NCBI GenBank assembly: GCA_031549605.1
Contig: JAVBPM010000051.1
Coordinates: 1-57,068 of the forward strand
Reading direction: 5' to 3'
From: Oscillospiraceae bacterium
Lineage (GTDB): Bacteria; Bacillota; Clostridia; Oscillospirales; UBA929
Length of the DNA: 57,068 nt
Of the stretch, positions 56,653 to 57,068 are shown piece by piece; positions within the stretch are counted from its first letter, which is position 1, and every line of letters starts with the position of its first letter. The notes beneath the pieces are model-generated. The model saw nothing but the letters and a program-made list of their open reading frames with translations. It was not told the origin of the DNA and did not search any database. Position numbers and translations under genes: made by a program.

Positions 56653-57068
56653 TGGAACTGCATGAACTGTCCCCGGTGGTCGGCAGCACAAAAGCGCGCT
56701 TCCGTGTCGGCCGTGGCGCCGGTAGCGGCAATGGCAAGACCTGTGGCAAGGGCCACAAGGGCCAGAAAGCCCGCAGCGGCTACAGCCGCAAGCCCGGCTT
56801 TGAAGGCGGCCAGATGCCGCTCAAGATGCGCGTGCCCAAGCGCGGCTTCACCAACATCTTCGCTAAGCCGCCTGCCGCCATCAACCTGATGTACCTCAAT
56901 TCCTTCAATGACGGCGATGTTGTTGACGCGGCGCTGCTGCTCGACAAGGGCATGATTCCCACCGCTGTCAATGGCGTGAAGATTCTCGGCGTCGGTTCTT
57001 TGTCAAAGAAACTTACCGTGCGTGCCGTGGCCTTCTCCGCATCGGCGAAAGAGAAGATCGAAGCCGCC
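56652..57068 (+). CDS. rplO: 50S ribosomal protein L15 (partial, runs off the window)
   Basis: [48 protein letters not shown]. Confidence 0.97.
   Translation, partial: MELHELSPVVGSTKARFRVGRGAGSGNGKTCGKGHKGQKARSGYSRKPGFEGGQMPLKMRVPKRGFTNIFAKPPAAINLMYLNSFNDGDVVDAALLLDKGMIPTAVNGVKILGVGSLSKKLTVRAVAFSASAKEKIEAA

Overview
GC-rich chromosomal window from a probable spore-forming Clostridia (Oscillospirales-like) bacterium; the taxonomy is inferred from spoIIR, DUF4830, SLH proteins and gene order. It opens with the right end of an IS481-like element and a tRNA-Met/Glu/Val cluster. Housekeeping and metabolic genes follow: spoIIR, asp23-fakA-recG-rluA, and gcvT-H-PA-PB running directly into an MMPL transporter, a heptad-repeat partner and a lysoplasmalogenase. 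Further along are a nucleotidyltransferase/PMM fusion, a YhgE/Pip protein, an FNT channel, trxA, a FIST protein with a hybrid kinase, AraC, tRNA-Arg, an SLH/GH18 protein, rubredoxin, a MITE-like insert, an M23 peptidase, mnmE with a Gld-like ABC transporter, ddh, wecC, tadA, mecA, a short biotin ligase and zupT. The window ends in the S10-spc ribosomal protein operon (rpsJ to partial rplO). I found no CRISPR array, prophage or defence island. The most interesting candidates are a 16S-helix-21-like (S8-site mimic) stem upstream of rpsH, a DivIVA-like protein with alveolin-type repeats, a 250-bp element flanked by a duplicated terminator, the gcv-MMPL-lipid operon with a read-through-only anti-SD hairpin, and an SLH-TPR-GH18 protein with a degenerate catalytic motif. 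All family assignments come from motif recognition by eye; no database searches were run.
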